Shown here piece by piece: positions 61,409 through 64,000 of a stretch of DNA of 64,000 bases. A program made the translations under genes and the position numbers. The first letter of the stretch is position 1; each line of letters starts with the position of its first letter. Location: contig CAWDKY010000027.1 in assembly GCA_963802945.1 (NCBI GenBank), forward strand, positions 64,001-128,000, given 5' to 3'. The stretch is from an uncultured delta proteobacterium. GTDB taxonomy: Bacteria; Desulfobacterota; RBG-13-43-22. Below the pieces are notes generated by a model that worked only from the letters and a program-made list of their open reading frames with translations, did no database searches and had not been told where the DNA came from.

Positions 61409-62962
61409 ATGGTTTGGAAACCGGAAATTGATGAGCTAAAACGTCGACATCGACTTGCCGAGCAAATGGGAGGTCCGGAAGCGGTTGCCCGTCACCATGC
61501 CCGCGGCAAACTAACCGTGCGGGAGCGAGTTGCTGCCTTAGCCGATCCGGGCTCCTTCCAGGAAATAGGGGCCCTGGCCGGCAGCGCTGTTTATGATGGC
61601 GATAAATTGGTGGACTTTACACCAGCCAATGCAGTAGTGGGTTTTTGCAGTTTGGACGGAAGAAAGGTGGTTGTCAGCGGTGGAGACTTTACTGTCCGGG
61701 GCGGTGCAGCAGATGCATCCGTGGGGCGAAAACAGTATTTTGCCCAGAAGATAGCCTATGAATGGCGGTTGCCTTATATTCGTCTTCTTGACGCCACCGG
61801 AGGCAGTGTGCGCACCTTCGAGCAGTTGGGTCGTACCTATATTCCCGATAACCCCGGAACGTTGACCGCCCAACGCCTGCTCAGCACAGTACCGGTGGTC
61901 TCGGCCGTTTTGGGTTCTGTGGCCGGACTGCCGGCAGTAGAGGCCTGTCTGGCCCATTTCAACTTGATGGTCAAAGGGACCACCCAGGTTTTTGCCGGTG
62001 GACCTCCGGTAGTCAAGGCCGCACTGAATTATGATATCACCAAAGAAGAGCTGGGGGATGAGCGGACACAAGTATATCAGAGCGGGGTTATTGACAACCT
62101 GGCAAAAGATGAAAAAGAGGCCTTCCAGATGATTCGGCGCTTTCTCAGTTACCTGCCCGAAAGTGTTTGGGAGATGCCGCCGCGAACCGAACCTCCCGAC
62201 GACCCCAACCGCCGTGAGGAAAAGCTCCTTTCAGCCATACCTAGAGAAACTAAAAAACCGTACAACCCCTACAAGATTCTGAAATATATCTTGGATAAAG
62301 ATTCGTTTTTTGAGATTGCCCCCTTGTATGGGCGGGCGCGCATTATCGGCCTGGCCAGAGTGAATGGCTATCCGGTGGGGGTTATGATCAACAACCCCAT
62401 GTTTCTGGGCGGTTCGATGGATGTGGCCGCCGGAGATAAGGTTAGCCGCTTCATGCAACTATGTAATACCTTCCATCTGCCCATGATCTATTTTGCCGAC
62501 GAGCCCGGATTTATGGTCGGTCTGGATGCCCAAAAACAAGGCATTGTGCGGGCCGGGGCCAGGATTGTTTGCGTTCTTTGCGAAACGCAGATGCCCTGGA
62601 TAACCTTCGTCATCCGCCAGCTTTATGGTGTAGCCGGTGGATTGCATCTGCGATTCGGAGGCATGTATTGCCGCTATGCCTGGCCTTCCGCCAACTGGGG
62701 TTCCATGCATATTGAAGGAGGGGCTACGGCCGCCTACCGTCGGGAGATTCAGGCCGCAGCCGACCCCGAAGCCAAGCGTGATGAGATTGAAGCCCGTCTT
62801 AAGGCCATTGCTTCTCCCTTCAGGACCGCCGAGGCCTTTAATATCGAGGACATTATTGACCCGCGGGATACCCGCTCGTTACTATGCGATTTTGTCGAGA
62901 TGGCCCAAAAAGAAATAAAGAGGCAACTCGGGCCGGTGCCCGGTTACAGCTACCGTCCCTAA
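61409..62962 (+). CDS. Acyl-CoA carboxylase carboxyltransferase subunit
   Basis: GKLTVRER..L.DPGSF.E, DFTVRGG, GGPPVVK, DEPGFMVG, DIIDPRDTR. Confidence 0.93.
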   Translation: MVWKPEIDELKRRHRLAEQMGGPEAVARHHARGKLTVRERVAALADPGSFQEIGALAGSAVYDGDKLVDFTPANAVVGFCSLDGRKVVVSGGDFTVRGGAADASVGRKQYFAQKIAYEWRLPYIRLLDATGGSVRTFEQLGRTYIPDNPGTLTAQRLLSTVPVVSAVLGSVAGLPAVEACLAHFNLMVKGTTQVFAGGPPVVKAALNYDITKEELGDERTQVYQSGVIDNLAKDEKEAFQMIRRFLSYLPESVWEMPPRTEPPDDPNRREEKLLSAIPRETKKPYNPYKILKYILDKDSFFEIAPLYGRARIIGLARVNGYPVGVMINNPMFLGGSMDVAAGDKVSRFMQLCNTFHLPMIYFADEPGFMVGLDAQKQGIVRAGARIVCVLCETQMPWITFVIRQLYGVAGGLHLRFGGMYCRYAWPSANWGSMHIEGGATAAYRREIQAAADPEAKRDEIEARLKAIASPFRTAEAFNIEDIIDPRDTRSLLCDFVEMAQKEIKRQLGPVPGYSYRP

Positions 62963-62983
62963 AAAATTTTCCAAGGGGGTATA

Positions 62984-63658
62984 TTGGGCCAAAAGAAAAT
63001 CACCGGGATGGATATCGATCGGGCCAAAAAGATTCAAAATAGGCTCAGACAAAAACTGAGAATAATTCCACTTGGGAAAAAAATTAGAACTATTGCCGGG
63101 GTGGATGCGGCCTTTGGAGAAGATCGGATTATCGGGACCGCCTGTTTGTTTAGTTTTCCAGATTTGAAATTCCTCGAAGAAGCCTGGGCCATAAAAAAAA
63201 TTTCTTTCCCATATATACCCGGATATTTGTCTTTTCGGGAGGTCCCCGTTGTACTGGCGGCCCTAAAAAAATTGACCGTCAAACCGGATCTGATCCTGGT
63301 TGACGGGCAGGGAATCGCCCATCCAAGAAGAATGGGAATTGCCTCTCACTTGGGGGTGCTTTGGAATGTACCGACGATAGGCTGTGCCAAGTCAAGATTG
63401 GTTGGGACCTACCAAGAACCGGGGATGAAAAAAGGAGACTGGTCTCCTCTAAAACTGGATCAGGAAGTGGTCGGAGCGGTTTTAAGAACCCGAGAAAGGG
63501 TGAGTCCCTTATTTATCTCTCCCGGCCATAAGATCGAACTTCCCGAATCCATAAGCATCGTATTGAAGTCCACCACGGTTTTTCGCATATCCGAACCGCT
63601 ACGAAGGGCAGATCAACTTTCAAACATTATCAAACGGGACTTAAAGACAAAGAAATAA
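62984..63658 (+). CDS. nfi: Endonuclease V
   Basis: AGVD, FPYIPGYLSFRE, DGQGIAHPRRMGIASHLG, PTIGCAKS, SPGH. Confidence 0.96.
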   Translation: MGQKKITGMDIDRAKKIQNRLRQKLRIIPLGKKIRTIAGVDAAFGEDRIIGTACLFSFPDLKFLEEAWAIKKISFPYIPGYLSFREVPVVLAALKKLTVKPDLILVDGQGIAHPRRMGIASHLGVLWNVPTIGCAKSRLVGTYQEPGMKKGDWSPLKLDQEVVGAVLRTRERVSPLFISPGHKIELPESISIVLKSTTVFRISEPLRRADQLSNIIKRDLKTKK

Positions 63659-63845
63659 GGTCTGCCCTTGTTTTCTATTTTAAATCGACGCCATCTCATA
63701 AAAAAATGTAATCTTCGTGAGTGTGTTTTTTTACCATCCTTCTGGGGCATCGGAGTTCCAAGAAATGGCCAAGTGGGAGTCCCCGCCTTCCCAAAGATCA
63801 GGGTGGGTCGGCTACGATAACTAACTTCGCCGCCGTCGTCAAATA

Positions 63846-64000
63846 CTATCTGTGAACCTTCTCTTTATCACTCACCCCGGCCGAGCCAAAGGTGGCCATC
63901 TCGTTGTAGATCTTGACCGCTGCCTCAATAATGGTCATGGCCAGGGCCGCACCAGTGCCTTCTCCCAGGCGCATCTTTAGGTCCAGAATGGGTTCTACGT
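63846..64000 (-). CDS. cobT: Nicotinate-nucleotide-dimethylbenzimidazole phosphoribosyltransferase, 3' end (partial)
   Basis: Manual translation [42 protein letters not shown]. Confidence 0.92.
   Translation of the reverse strand, partial: VEPILDLKMRLGEGTGAALAMTIIEAAVKIYNEMATFGSAGVSDKEKVHR

Overview
A 64-kb chromosomal segment from an anaerobic bacterium, most likely a Desulfobacterota/deltaproteobacterial syntroph or sulfate reducer (inferred from gene content). It opens with an AT-rich accessory block: an IS630 copy interrupting a gene, a B12-binding radical SAM gene, an alpha/beta-hydrolase with a C-terminal MshEN-like domain, and a Phd/RelE toxin-antitoxin pair. These are separated by a family of GGGGTC/GGGGAC repeats that give a cassette-like layout. 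Most of the rest is acyl-CoA metabolism (CaiB, crotonase, GctAB-like, two MaoC, an Hgd/Bzd-type dehydratase/reductase with two activases, ADP-forming ligase, FadD, carboxyltransferase), a xanthine-dehydrogenase-family operon with a second IS630 inserted, DNA repair (mutY, dinB, nfi), dapA, ilvE, nrdD-glutaredoxin-nrdG, tkt, and an oxidative-stress operon (rbr, dfx, ferritin-like, OFOR, two rubredoxins missed by the ORF track). The most interesting items are: (1) a 'split rubrerythrin' shared between an acyl-CoA dehydrogenase-rubredoxin fusion and a diiron-thioesterase fusion; (2) an enoyl-CoA reductase-crotonase fusion that keeps the CO2-binding motifs of carboxylating reductases; (3) the radical SAM/hydrolase-MshEN pair; (4) repeat-delimited cassettes; (5) a ZenA-like lactonase; (6) several structured non-coding elements and MITEs. 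Many single-base frameshifts are probably assembly errors. No rRNA, tRNA or CRISPR array was seen. All family calls come from motif recognition, not database searches.
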